A DNA stretch of 64,000 bases from Thermostichus sp. DRC_bins_24 (GCA_039794845.1 JAUQVK010000103.1:1-64000); one strand, 5' to 3'. Positions 31,658-41,971 are shown, numbered from the stretch's first letter. Program-made: numbers and translations. Notes: generated by a model not told the origin, from the letters alone.

Positions 31658-32334
31658 GCCCCAAGCCGTGGGGAAAACACCTCGTAAATGACGGTCAAGG
31701 GCTCCCCCTTGTGCAGCAAAAGGTAATGCCTGGCCCAGAAGGGGCCCCTATGGCCCAGCAGATGGGCAATAGGTTCCGCTTGGCCGCAGTAAAGGCTGCG
31801 CAACTCCCGAAAGGTTTCCAACCGTTCTTGAATCAAATTTTGGCCGATGGGCTTTGCCGGATCCGGCAGATGCTCCAGCAGATGCTCGGAATTCCACCAG
31901 GAGGTGGCGTAGAGCAAGGGCTGTTGAGAGACCGCCCCACTGAGCCAAACCCGTCGCCGCATCAAGGGAGATCCCAGCTGTGCCAAATCCTCCGCCAGCT
32001 GTTGCATCGGTTGGGGGGTCGCGTTTTGTTCCGCCAACAGATCCACCGGCCCTGTGTCGAGCAGGTGGGCCTGAATCGGTTCCTGGGTGAGAGCAGCGAG
32101 GTTGCGGGTGGTGAAGCCATCCCCCAGAAGCAGCAGGCGCAACAGGGGGTCTACCTGTGCCAACCGGAGCTGCACCGGATCCGCCTCCCCCTGCCAGTGC
32201 AGTTGCAGCGGCCACCAATCGGCACCGCTCGAAGGCAAGCCTTCCCCAGAGGGGATCCCCGCAGCGGGGGCCGAGGCCCAAGCGGAGCCCGCTTCATCGG
32301 CAGAACAGGAAAATGGAGAGGGGAAGCTTTCCAA
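31576..32334 (-). CDS. Chorismate lyase-like protein (DUF98/Ycf21)
   Basis: LLLLGDGFTTRNL, LLYATSWW, WARHY and LTVIYEVFSP. Start uncertain. Confidence 0.85.
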   Translation of the reverse strand: MESFPSPFSCSADEAGSAWASAPAAGIPSGEGLPSSGADWWPLQLHWQGEADPVQLRLAQVDPLLRLLLLGDGFTTRNLAALTQEPIQAHLLDTGPVDLLAEQNATPQPMQQLAEDLAQLGSPLMRRRVWLSGAVSQQPLLYATSWWNSEHLLEHLPDPAKPIGQNLIQERLETFRELRSLYCGQAEPIAHLLGHRGPFWARHYLLLHKGEPLTVIYEVFSPRLGAQGIQRRTAAVTEAATCGSDWVLAKMR

Positions 32335-32424
32335 AATGGCGGCCCAGTTGTTAAGTTCTGTATCGCCCCTTCAGTTTAACCCACCCCATTGTCTTTGCCG
32401 GTGTTTTTGGCGGAGGGATCCAAA

Positions 32425-32928
32425 TCAGCTTGTGCCTGGTTGTACCAGCAGTCGCACCACCCAGGGCACCACCACGATGACGCTGATCAGACGGGCCAAA
32501 TGCATGACCACCACCGTACTGGTTTGAGCCCCCATGTCTAGGGCGATCAAGCTCATATCGGAAATGCCCCCGGGGGCGGTACCCAGAAGCGCCGTTAGGC
32601 GTTCGATCCCCAGCCAGCGGGAGATTAGGTATCCCGACAGAACCCCCGTGCCCACCGCAATCACCGTACAGAGCAGGGCCGGTCGCCACAGCTCCTTAAG
32701 GGCAAACAACGTGCCGGCAGTGAGCTTCGTGCCCAAAATCGTACCCAAAACCAATTGCATGGCGAAGCGGATCCCCGCCGGAGGGGTGGGAATCGGGATC
32801 ATCCCCCAGACATTCACCAGGCCCACCGCCACCATGGAACCCACCAAGGCCCCTGCCGGAAGCTTCAGCTTCACCCCGATCAGGGCACCCGCCAACCCGA
32901 TTAACAGTGTCCAAAGATAGCTCAACAT
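32425..32928 (-). CDS. AbrB-family (membrane, aidB-regulator type) protein
   Basis: LPAGALVGSM, TAPGGISDM and VVVMHLARL; hydrophobic. Confidence 0.85.
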   Translation of the reverse strand: MLSYLWTLLIGLAGALIGVKLKLPAGALVGSMVAVGLVNVWGMIPIPTPPAGIRFAMQLVLGTILGTKLTAGTLFALKELWRPALLCTVIAVGTGVLSGYLISRWLGIERLTALLGTAPGGISDMSLIALDMGAQTSTVVVMHLARLISVIVVVPWVVRLLVQPGTS

Positions 32929-32939
32929 GTTGACTTGGC

Positions 32940-33374
32940 CTATAAGAAGGGGGATCCCTGTGGACCAGTGCTTGGCTTACCCTCTCCACGGCATTGTGCA
33001 CAGGTGCCGTAGAAGTCAAGCACATGGTACTCGATCACAAATTGGTATTGACCAGAAAGTTGTGCCTCTAACTCTCCTACGGGGCAACCCGGCAAAGGCA
33101 CCACCTGTCGGCACTGGGTACAAATCAGATGGTGGCGGTTGTGGCCGTTGCTGGGTAAAACCTGATAGTAGGTCTGCTGATCCCCCAAATTGACCGACTG
33201 CAGCTTGCCCTCCTGGCGAAGGGCATCCAAAATTCGATAGACCGTGGCCAGCCCAACGGTGTGGTTGGCGTTGCGCAACTCCAGAAAGATCTCCTGGGCG
33301 GAGAGCGGCTGAGAACGATGCTCTAGCACGTCCAGGATCAATTTCTGATTACGGGTCTGGCGAGAGGAGGACAT
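32940..33374 (-). CDS. zur: Fur-family regulator, zinc uptake regulator type
   Basis: SAQEIFLELR, GLATVYR, HHLICTQC, CPV and FYGTCAQC resemble cyanobacterial Zur/FurB. Confidence 0.8.
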   Translation of the reverse strand: MSSSRQTRNQKLILDVLEHRSQPLSAQEIFLELRNANHTVGLATVYRILDALRQEGKLQSVNLGDQQTYYQVLPSNGHNRHHLICTQCRQVVPLPGCPVGELEAQLSGQYQFVIEYHVLDFYGTCAQCRGEGKPSTGPQGSPFL

Positions 33375-33398
33375 GTTCAACCCTTCCAATCCTTCGGG

Positions 33399-33722
33399 TT
33401 AGCGCTCAGATTCCGCCTCGGCCTTCATGCGCTCCAACGTCCGATTCATGTGGTCGAACATCTGGCTGGGAGAGATCCCAAAGCCACCCAGCTGGGTTTG
33501 CAGTTGTTTGATGGTCATTTGGGCCATAAAGTCGTCGGAGAGCTCCAGCCGTTTCATGAAAATGCGCTGGCGCTCCAGCAGTTCCTCCATCCGTTCAATG
33601 AAGATTTTCTTGCCTTCTCGGTCGAATCGGCCGTACTGCCCGCCAAGCTGCATCAGATCTTGAAAATCCTGAAACAGTCGCTTGGCTTCCTCCTGCACGA
33701 TCTCAGAGTCGAAGAAGCTCAT
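33399..33722 (-). CDS. Conserved cyanobacterial DUF1825 protein
   Basis: MSFFDSEIVQEEAKRLF...FDREGKK...RLELSDDF. Confidence 0.85.
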   Translation of the reverse strand: MSFFDSEIVQEEAKRLFQDFQDLMQLGGQYGRFDREGKKIFIERMEELLERQRIFMKRLELSDDFMAQMTIKQLQTQLGGFGISPSQMFDHMNRTLERMKAEAESER

Positions 33723-33852
33723 GGCCTTCCGTCTGCCCTGGATAAACTGTATGTGGTGTTCCCATCCTAGCCGATCTCAGCCGTCTTCCCGCGAGTACGG
33801 GATCCCGCTCTGGCATAGATGGATTTCTGGCTTGTCCGGCACGGTGTTTGCC

Positions 33853-34968
33853 ATGCTCCCATTTCCTTGTGTGAAGGCTTACACTCAGCTGCCTTTGGCC
33901 CGGCAGTGGTGTGAACGGGTGCAGGGATCCCTACCTCTGTTTCTGGCCTGCTTGGGGTTTACGGAAACCGCTCTAATTCCGGGCATCTCCGCTGCGGGCG
34001 CCACTCCCTCCTTACGACGCTATACCGCCCTTGCGGATGGGGAACTGTTGCTCAAAGGCCACGCTCACCGGTTGCCCACCTCCCCCGATGGCTACCCTTC
34101 TCCGGTGGTGATCAGCTACGCGATCCTGACCGAGTTGGGGATCCCCTACCATGTGTTCAATTGTGGCCTGCCGGATCCCTTGCCAGGGGCGGAAACTGTG
34201 GCTTCCGGGGGGATAGCCCGCTGCCTGAGCACAGGACAGGCTTTGCCTTTAGAACGGGTGGGATCCCTGTGGCAGGAGGGGTTTGAACGGGGCACTCAGC
34301 TTGGGCAGGGCTATTGGGTGATCGGGGAATGTGTGGCGGGGGGCACCACCACGGCTTTGGCCCTGTTGCTGGGGTTGGGCTGGGGGGCGGAGGGTATGGT
34401 GAACAGCAGCCACCCGGTTTGTAACCACGCGCAAAAGTTGGCTTTGGTGCGGCAGGGGTTGGCCCATGTGCCTGCAGGGGCCTCTGCCCCGGAGGTGGTG
34501 GCCGCCGTTGGGGATCCGATGCAGCCTTTTGTGGCGGGGTTGGCGATGGGGGCGGCCCAGCGGGGTGCGGTGCTCTTGGCCGGGGGTACCCAAATGCTGG
34601 CGGTGGTGGCCCTGATGAGGCGCTGGGGGCAGGAGCAGGGGATCCCTTGGCCCCAGGAGAATGTAGCCGTGGGCACAACCCGTTGGGTTGCGGAGGATCC
34701 CTCCGGCAATACGGTGGCCTTGGCGCAACTGCTGGGTACGGTGCCTCTTTTGGCCACCCAGCTCAGCTTGGCCAACAGCCGCCATGCTCCCCTACAGGCC
34801 TATGAACGGGGCTACGTGAAAGAAGGTGTTGGGGCGGGCGGATTGGCCATCGCCAGTAGCCTTTACGCCACCTGGGGCCAGAGGGAACTGTTGGCGGCGA
34901 TCGAACGCAGTTACGAAAGGCTGGTGCTTCAAGCTGCCTCTAAGGGGGCCATGGTCAAGCCCTCCTGA
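33853..34968 (+). CDS. cobT: Nicotinate-nucleotide-dependent phosphoribosyltransferase CobT (cyanobacterial/archaeal type)
   Basis: GFTETALIPGISAAG, GECVAGGTTTA, AGGTQM and YERGYVKEGVGAGG. Confidence 0.88.
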   Translation: MLPFPCVKAYTQLPLARQWCERVQGSLPLFLACLGFTETALIPGISAAGATPSLRRYTALADGELLLKGHAHRLPTSPDGYPSPVVISYAILTELGIPYHVFNCGLPDPLPGAETVASGGIARCLSTGQALPLERVGSLWQEGFERGTQLGQGYWVIGECVAGGTTTALALLLGLGWGAEGMVNSSHPVCNHAQKLALVRQGLAHVPAGASAPEVVAAVGDPMQPFVAGLAMGAAQRGAVLLAGGTQMLAVVALMRRWGQEQGIPWPQENVAVGTTRWVAEDPSGNTVALAQLLGTVPLLATQLSLANSRHAPLQAYERGYVKEGVGAGGLAIASSLYATWGQRELLAAIERSYERLVLQAASKGAMVKPS

Positions 34969-35234
34969 AGCAGCTGCTGGTGGTAGAGCTCCGCCTGTTC
35001 TTGGGGGCCAACCCAGACGATTGCTTGTCCCTCGGCATCCACCTGCACCGTCAGTTGCCGCGCTAAGGGCAGAGTCATGCCAGGAATGTATTTCAACAAA
35101 CACTCGGTAACGTGCTGGAAGGTGTTGAAGTCGTCATCCAGGACGATCACCTTGAACTGAGGATAGGGTTTGCGAACCCGTGTACTCGATGGAGACGACT
35201 GCTGCGCAGGGCGGGTGGGGGCTTCCGTAGTCAT
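34929..35234 (-). CDS. clpS: ATP-dependent Clp protease adaptor ClpS
   Basis: KVIVLDDDFNTFQHV and GPQEQAELY. Confidence 0.93.
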   Translation of the reverse strand: MTTEAPTRPAQQSSPSSTRVRKPYPQFKVIVLDDDFNTFQHVTECLLKYIPGMTLPLARQLTVQVDAEGQAIVWVGPQEQAELYHQQLLQEGLTMAPLEAA

Positions 35235-35359
35235 AGCAGAAGGAATCGAGACAAACCTTAACGAGCAACTTGCCAAATCCAGAAAAATGGCTCTTCTTTA
35301 AGCTTAATGTTTGCATCATAGTTCACCAGCCCGCCTCTTCCCAACCTGTTGGGGATCCC

Positions 35360-37216
35360 CTAGCTCAGTTCCTCTCGCAGCGAGCGGCGGGGTTTGTGCT
35401 CACCGAAGTTGCGCTCGAAGTAAAGAGCAGTAGCCTGATGCAGGATCCCGGCTTGGGCGAGGGCCTGACACAGGGATCCACCAGGGGGTAGGTGTTTCTG
35501 CACCTGTTGGATTTGTGCAGCACTGACCAATCCGGAGGCCTTGAGGTAGTCGGCCACATGGCGCCCTCCCGACAAGCCAACGGAATAGCCCCCTTCGCTG
35601 AAAACTTTGGCCGCGTCTTTGACCGTCTCGGGCTTGAGGTGGCTGTGGTGAGCCAACACATCCGTGAAGGTCCCCCCTTCCTTCTCCCAAGCATAAATCA
35701 CCGTCTCGATGCCGGGGTTGTCGATGAGGCCAGCCGCTCGCAATTGTGTCAATACCCGCTGTACCCAGGGGGTAGCCCGCTGTAAGGCTTCCAGATCCTC
35801 TTCGCCTAGATATCCCTGTGGGGGCAAATCGGTAGGTTCGGCTACAGGGGTGCTCATCTCTGCTGCCAATTCAGCAATGGTCAAGGCTGCGATGTCCTCT
35901 TCCTCTTGGGCGGGGGTAGCCGCAACTGGAGCTGGAGAAGTTCGCCGGGCTTGGGCCGCTGCTGCCGTTAGGGCACGGTTTTCCTCCTGGGCTTTCTGAA
36001 GCTGGGTCTGGAGTTGGCGCACCTGTGCTTGGGCATTTTGAAGCTGGGTTTGGACCTCCTGGTACTGCCTCTGCAGGCGGTGGGTGACCTCGGCGGTTTC
36101 TTCGCGGGCTTGGGCCAGGTCGGAGACCAAACGATTTTTGGTGGATTGGGCCAGTTGCAGCTGATGTTGGTGCTCCTGCAGGGTGTGGTTAAGGGCAGCT
36201 ATTTGGGCTTCTGCCTGTTGAAGTTGCCGCTGGAGCTGGGCTTGGGCCTGCTGGGCCTGTGTTTGTTGCAAGTGTTGCTGGTGCTGCAACTGGGATCCCA
36301 GCTCTTGCAGCTTGTGCTTGGCCTGGGATTGCCATTCCGTTAGGTCGTGGCAGCGGCGGCGTAGGGTTTCCAGTTCTGTTTGGGCGGCTTGCAGTTGCTC
36401 GGCCAAGGCCCGGGTTTGGGCGGATCCCTGGGCTTGCTGAGCTTGGAGTTGGCCTTCCAGGTCTTGAATGCGCTGCTGAGCCACAGCCTGTTGCCGGGCT
36501 GCCTGTTCGATTTGGGCGGCTAGCTGGGCTTCCAATTCCGCAATGCGCTGCTGCTGTTCGTGCTGGCGGGCTTGATAGTCGGCAAGCTGCTGCAGCGATT
36601 GGCCGGCCATGGCCCGTTGCTGTTCCCGCTGCTGTTCCAGCTGGGCTTCTAGGGTGGCAACTTGCTCTTTGTAGCTTTCCAGTTGGGCTTTGTACTGCAG
36701 GGTGGCTTTGTAGGCGCCACGAGCTGCCTGCAAAGGGGAGGCGTAGAGCGGGGGCTGATCGGGAATGGTAGACCAGTGCTCCAACATCACTTCCCAGCTA
36801 TTGCCCGCTCCCGCTTGGCGGCGTAGGTGCTGTTGTTTGTCAAGCGCCCAGTCCAACCAGTGGGACTGGATCCAGCCCTGTTGCACCAGGATCTCCCCCA
36901 GTTTGTGCTGGGGTTGCTGCTTCTGCTGGATCAGCGCCTCACGGATCTGCTCCAGCTCCAGATAACCGTGCAACATCAAAATCTCGCCGATGCGCACCAA
37001 CTCGATCGGGAGGAGGGGGTAAAGATCTTCGGGGGCAACCCAGCCGTGCTGCATGCACAGCTCCCCCAACATCAAGGGGGTGTCGGCCTTTTCCCACATG
37101 GCCTGAGCCAGTTGCGCCGGGGTGAGCAGTCCGGCTTTGTTGAGGGCTTCCCCTATCCGGATCTCAAGTTTTTCCCGGTCAATCGCGGCTGGGGCAGGGC
37201 TGGTCGACCGATTCAT
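35360..37216 (-). CDS. MshEN-like repeat / long coiled-coil protein
   Basis: RIGEILMLHGYLELEQIREALIQQ and KLGEILVQQGWIQSHWLDWALDKQ motifs; ~250-aa Gln-rich coiled coil; degenerate repeats at the C-terminus. Confidence 0.75.
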   Translation of the reverse strand: MNRSTSPAPAAIDREKLEIRIGEALNKAGLLTPAQLAQAMWEKADTPLMLGELCMQHGWVAPEDLYPLLPIELVRIGEILMLHGYLELEQIREALIQQKQQPQHKLGEILVQQGWIQSHWLDWALDKQQHLRRQAGAGNSWEVMLEHWSTIPDQPPLYASPLQAARGAYKATLQYKAQLESYKEQVATLEAQLEQQREQQRAMAGQSLQQLADYQARQHEQQQRIAELEAQLAAQIEQAARQQAVAQQRIQDLEGQLQAQQAQGSAQTRALAEQLQAAQTELETLRRRCHDLTEWQSQAKHKLQELGSQLQHQQHLQQTQAQQAQAQLQRQLQQAEAQIAALNHTLQEHQHQLQLAQSTKNRLVSDLAQAREETAEVTHRLQRQYQEVQTQLQNAQAQVRQLQTQLQKAQEENRALTAAAAQARRTSPAPVAATPAQEEEDIAALTIAELAAEMSTPVAEPTDLPPQGYLGEEDLEALQRATPWVQRVLTQLRAAGLIDNPGIETVIYAWEKEGGTFTDVLAHHSHLKPETVKDAAKVFSEGGYSVGLSGGRHVADYLKASGLVSAAQIQQVQKHLPPGGSLCQALAQAGILHQATALYFERNFGEHKPRRSLREELS

Positions 37217-37341
37217 TGGGCCTCTCCAGTGGGAGGAGCAAACTTCGTTACAACCATCATAGTGGAAAACCCTCAGAGGAATGGAATGCAGCTGCCGTAA
37301 TCAAGACTGGGCAAACAAGCAATTCATTTGGGCACTAACCG

Positions 37342-37737
37342 TTAGGAAGAGGAGTGTTCTTGGCTTTGGGCAAACTGTTGCAACTGCCGTAGGATCAACA
37401 ACTGTCCCATCCCCAGGGGCAGAAGGGAGACTGCCTCCACCCGTAACTGCACCCAGCCATTCCCCCACAACCAATCACAGTAGCCGTCGGCTCCTCCCCA
37501 CATCAGCAGGCGCAGTCGCTCTGGTAGGAGGGTTTCCACTTGGTGCATGATCGAAACGGGGCCACATTGAGCGTTGAAGGTGCTGCCCATTTCTAAGCTT
37601 TTGGGCAGGGATCCCTGCAACTGCTGAGGCCAAATCCATTGACGCAACAGCTCCACTTCTGTCAAGCAACGCCGTAATGTCGATGAACCCGCCTCGACCT
37701 CAACCCGAATGGTAGATGATTGTAGTGTTCCTAACAT
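37342..37737 (-). CDS. Conserved hypothetical protein (possible SRPBCC-like fold)
   Basis: MLGTLQSSTIRVEV...LRQWIWPQ...GADGYCDWLWGNGWVQ. Confidence 0.7.
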   Translation of the reverse strand: MLGTLQSSTIRVEVEAGSSTLRRCLTEVELLRQWIWPQQLQGSLPKSLEMGSTFNAQCGPVSIMHQVETLLPERLRLLMWGGADGYCDWLWGNGWVQLRVEAVSLLPLGMGQLLILRQLQQFAQSQEHSSS

Positions 37738-37860
37738 AGCTGTCCCACGTGGGCCATCTTGTGACTTGGCAGTTGTCTGTGCCACTGCCTTTTCAACACA
37801 GCTTGACTCTATTCTGGTCGATTTGCTGGCTTTGCCTACTGTTTCCCTGAGACTTTCCCT

Positions 37861-38559
37861 TTGAAGGCTCCCCGTCCGCATCTGGTGGCCATCTTTGCCC
37901 AAAGCCTGGATGGAAGGATTGCTGCCCACCGGGCGCAAAGACCCCACTTCAGCAGCCCTGAAGACTATCGGCACCTGGAAACCCAGGCCGCCCAGCAACA
38001 GGCCTTGATCATGGGGGCAGCGACGCTACGAGCCTACGGCACCAGCTTGCGTATCAAGGATCCCGACCTGCTCGAACGCAGAACCCAACAGGGCCTATCC
38101 CCACAACCTTTGACGATCATCTGTTCCGGCAGTGGAAACATCCCCCCTGATCTGCCCTTTTTTCGCCAGCCCCTCACCCGCTGGCTCTGGACAACGCCAG
38201 CCGGATTCCAACGGTGGCAGCAGCAACCTGGCTTTGAGGACATCTGGGTGGCCCCCAACTGGGATTTGCAAACACGGCTGGCGCGTCTACGAGATTTGGG
38301 CATTGAACGGGTGGGGCTGTTGGGCGGGGGGCAGCTCTTGGGGGCGTTTCTGGGGGCACAGGCTCTGGATGAGCTGTGGGTGACCCTCGCGCCGGTGCTG
38401 TTGAGTGGATATCCTGACTCGCCCGCTAGCATTGAGGGTTGGCAACTGGCGGGATCCCCCCCCCGACTGCAGCTGCTGGAGTGTCGTCAGGGTGCGCCAG
38501 GATCTGGCGCACAGGGATCCACAGAGCTGTTTTTGCGCTACCGCGTCGAGTGGCCCTGA
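37861..38559 (+). CDS. RibD C-terminal (pyrimidine reductase-like) domain protein
   Basis: AQSLDGRI, MGAATLR, LGGGQL and DELWVTLAP. Confidence 0.88.
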   Translation: MKAPRPHLVAIFAQSLDGRIAAHRAQRPHFSSPEDYRHLETQAAQQQALIMGAATLRAYGTSLRIKDPDLLERRTQQGLSPQPLTIICSGSGNIPPDLPFFRQPLTRWLWTTPAGFQRWQQQPGFEDIWVAPNWDLQTRLARLRDLGIERVGLLGGGQLLGAFLGAQALDELWVTLAPVLLSGYPDSPASIEGWQLAGSPPRLQLLECRQGAPGSGAQGSTELFLRYRVEWP

Positions 38560-38604
38560 GGGATCCCCGCCCCAAAAATTTTTGGACAACTCCAGATTTC
38601 TCAG

Positions 38605-38890
38605 AAATCCACAGGTTTTCCCCAGACTTTCCACAGGGTGACGGACAGTTTTCCACAGGAGCATTCTTTTGGGAGGGAGCATTGGAGGTTTCTGTGGAAA
38701 AGTTGAGATGAGAAGGTTCAGCCGAATACATCCACAAAGAAGTAACGAAATTGGGCCGTTTTTGCCGATCCCATCAAAATCATTTGGGACCTTTTGCAAT
38801 CTTTGTGCCCGTCCACAGGATTGACATCCCCCATGGGGCAGAGGGCAGAATAGCCCCACCTGAGGGTGAGGGGTGTGGAGGTTTTCCCCA
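38605..38890. other. DnaA-box cluster, candidate replication origin
   Basis: Perfect TTTTCCACA at 38649 and (reverse) 38693; near-matches at 38605, 38616, 38627, 38728, 38809 and 38882; intergenic. Confidence 0.65.
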
Positions 38891-39160
38891 ACCGGATCCC
38901 CAAAGGCAGACAACAGGTTGTCAAGGACTCTGTTCCGCTTCTGTGCCTGGGGCGGGCTTAGGGGCGGTAGTGTTCCCTTTTCCTTTTTTATGTTGGTCGC
39001 CAGGCTATAAGTGGCCTGGTTTTGCTCTCGCCCGTTGGCGAGCCTCTGCCTACATTTAGGATTTGTTGTTTTGGATTTTGCCTGTTTGGGCGGCTTTGGC
39101 CATGCCCATGGATTCTATTGGTTTCACCCTTCGATCTCGAGTGAAGTGAGTAGTTGGACT

Positions 39161-39361
39161 ATGAATTCTCCCAGTGTCAGCATTTTGAGCGAGATTCCGG
39201 AGGAGCTCCACGACACCCTCAAGGGCTACCTCTCTCGTCATCCCGATTGGGATCAAGACCGAGTGGTCACAGCGGCCCTCTCGCTGTTTCTGCTCCAGAG
39301 CGGCGATACCGACCGACGGGCCGCGCGGATCTACCTAGATAGCCTGTTCCGTCGGAGCTGA
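39161..39361 (+). CDS. Conserved cyanobacterial DUF2811 protein
   Basis: SILSEIPEELH...HPDWDQDRV..AALSLFLLQ...ARIYLDSLF. Confidence 0.85.
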   Translation: MNSPSVSILSEIPEELHDTLKGYLSRHPDWDQDRVVTAALSLFLLQSGDTDRRAARIYLDSLFRRS

Positions 39362-39418
39362 GTCTTGGGGTTTCATCTGGCAGAATGAGGTGGATCAGAG
39401 TCTTCTGCTAGCCTGAGC

Positions 39419-41258
39419 TTGGGAATCGGCGAGGGGAAAGACGTGCCACGCGGCTTTGGGCAGGGGAAAGGTGACCGGCAAGCGGGCCCACAGGGCTTTG
39501 GAAAGTCTTCCCAACCTGCACCCTCCTCTTCCCCTCCAGAGGCCACTTTGGCTCTGGCCCGACAACATCAACAAGCAGGGGATCTCGGGGCCGCTTTTCG
39601 CCTCTGCCAGCAGCTGATCCGTGCTCATCCAGACCGGTTTGAAGCCCAGGCTTTGCTGGGATCCCTCTACCTGCAACTGGGGGATCCCCGACAGGCTCTG
39701 ATCCACCTGCAACGGGCTCTGAACCTACAGGAAGATTGGGTTCCGGCTTGGCGGGAGTTGGGCCAGGCTTGGATGAGGCTCGGCAACCTTGAGGAAGCGG
39801 CGCGGGCTTATGAGCAGGGCCTGACTTTTGCCCCCGATGATGGGCAATTGCTCCTGGGTTTGGGCAGTTGTCGGCTTACGCAAGGGAAAGCGGCTCAGGC
39901 AATCTCGGTGCTGCGACAGGCGGCGATGGCACAGCCCTCCCATCCCTATGGGTTGGCCACCTTGGGAAATGCTCTGATGTTGAATGGCCAAGCTGTGGAA
40001 GCAGAGCGCTGGTTTCGTCAGGCTCTGGCTCTTGCACCCAAGGACGGTCGAATTCTCGTGAACCTCAGCCATTGTCTGCATTTACAAGATCGTCTGGAGG
40101 AGGCAGCCGATTATCTCGAGCAGGCGATAGCGTTGTTGCCAGGGGATCCACAGCCCCACAACAACCTGGGCACCGTCTTGCAAGAACAAAACCAACTGGA
40201 AGCAGCCATTGAGTCTTATCGGCGTGGCCTGCAGCTGGCCCCTCATTGGGCCGAGATCCACTGGAACCTCGGCACAGCCTTGCTGAGTTTGGGTCGCTAT
40301 ACGGAGGGTTGGCGGGAATACGGAGGGTTGGCGGGAATACGAGTGGCGGTTGCGGCGGCGGGGGGCGGACTATCCAACCTTCACCCAACCCCTCTGGATG
40401 GGCTCCCCTCTCCACCAACAAACGCTGTTGATTGACGCCGAGCAGGGGCTGGGGGACACGATTCAGTTCGTGCGCTATCTGCCGTTGCTGGCTCAGGCCC
40501 ATCCCGAAGCCCAAATCCTGCTGCGTTGCCAGGAGCCACTGGTGGAGCTTCTGAAGGACAATTTCGAGGGCCACTGCATCCGGGTGTTTTCGCAACAGGA
40601 TCCCTTGCTACCCTTCGTTTACCACCTTCCCCTGCTCAGCTTGCCCCAGCGGTTGGGGACGACGCTGGAGACCATTCCCGACCGGATCCCTTATCTCAGG
40701 AGCAGCTCAAGCACCCCCTCGATCGAACCCCTTGTAGACCTTGCCCCCAGGACGTCCCCAAAGGTGGGTCTGGTGTGGGCCAGCGGCAGACGCGCCCATC
40801 CTGAACTGAACCGCATTCAAAGGCTAAAAAGTTGCCCGATTTCGCTGCTGCTCGAACAGCTCAACCTACCCACTATCCAGTGGGTGAGCCTGCAGGTGGG
40901 GGAAGATCTGAGCGAGATCGGCTCCCTGCTGGAGCAGCATCGGGTTTTGGAGTGGGGATCCCGTTTTCGTAGCTTTGTTGATACGGCAGCGGCCATTGCC
41001 CAGCTGGATCTGGTGATCAGCGTTGATACAGCGGTGGCCCATTTGGCCGGGGCGATGGGCAAACCCGTATGGGTGTTGCTTCCGTTTGCCGCCGATTGGC
41101 GCTGGCTCCTCAACCGTCCAGATAGCCCCTGGTACCCCAAGGTGATGCGCCTGTTTCGACAGGGAGCTCCTGCTGACTGGTTGGGAGTGTTGCAGCAGGT
41201 GCGGGCGGCCCTCCAGGACTGGCTAGAAGGGATCGATCCCCGCTACTCTTCCCCCTGA
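39419..41258 (+). pseudogene. TPR-repeat glycosyltransferase-family protein, split by a 19-bp tandem duplication
   Basis: TPR ORF 39419-40435 and EQGLGDTIQFVRY...DLVISVDTAVAHLAGA...DWRW ORF 40350-41258 join as GWREYEWR if one unit at 40299-40336 is removed. Confidence 0.85.
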
Positions 41259-41971
41259 ATGATGCGCTGAAACAGATAGCCCGTGCCCCGTGCCGTTAGG
41301 ATCAATTCCGGGTTGCTTGGGTCATCTTCTAGCTTTGCCCGCAGCCGAGAAATGTGCACATCCACCACACGCGTATCCACATGGCGCTCAGGGGTGTAGC
41401 CCCAGACTTCCTGCAAAATCTCGGAGCGAGAGAAGGCTTCCCCCGACCGGCTGACCAGCAATTCCAACAGGCTAAACTCCATCCCCGTCAGGCGAATGCG
41501 CTCATCCCGCTTATAAACCTGGCGCTTGTTGGTATCGATGCGAATATCCCCCACCTGGATCACCCCGGAGCTGGGGATCCCGTCGTGAGCCGCCCGTGCC
41601 ACCCGCCGTAGCACCGACCGAATGCGCGCTTCCAATTCCTTAGGAGAAAAGGGCTTGACCACGTAGTCATCGGCCCCCAATTCCAACCCCGTGATCCGGT
41701 CGGCCACATCCCCCAAGGCAGTCAGCATGATGATCGGAATATCCGATTCTTTGCGCAACTCCTGACAAACCCCATAGCCATCCAGCTTCGGCATCATCAC
41801 ATCCAGAACCACCAAATCCGGATCCTGCTTGTGAAAGACATCCAGCGCTTCTTCCCCGTCCGAGGCCGTGACCACGTCGTACCCGATCATGGAAAGACGG
41901 GTTTCCAAAATGCGTCGAATACTGGCCTCATCATCGACCACGAGAATCCGTTCTTTACGCTGTGCTTCCAC
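41243..41971 (-). CDS. rpaB: OmpR-family response regulator RpaB (Ycf27)
   Basis: ILVVDDEASIRRILETRLSMIGY, RLTGMEFSLLELL and ELILTARGTGY. Confidence 0.96.
   Translation of the reverse strand: MEAQRKERILVVDDEASIRRILETRLSMIGYDVVTASDGEEALDVFHKQDPDLVVLDVMMPKLDGYGVCQELRKESDIPIIMLTALGDVADRITGLELGADDYVVKPFSPKELEARIRSVLRRVARAAHDGIPSSGVIQVGDIRIDTNKRQVYKRDERIRLTGMEFSLLELLVSRSGEAFSRSEILQEVWGYTPERHVDTRVVDVHISRLRAKLEDDPSNPELILTARGTGYLFQRIIQGEE

Noticed and set aside
35606..35630. 12-bp imperfect in-frame repeat (ETVK/DAAK) as another duplication event
   Set aside because: Three mismatches in 12 bp and in frame; could be chance.
38287..39059. ORFs across the DnaA-box region
   Set aside because: Mutually overlapping with no motifs; the region is better explained as non-coding.
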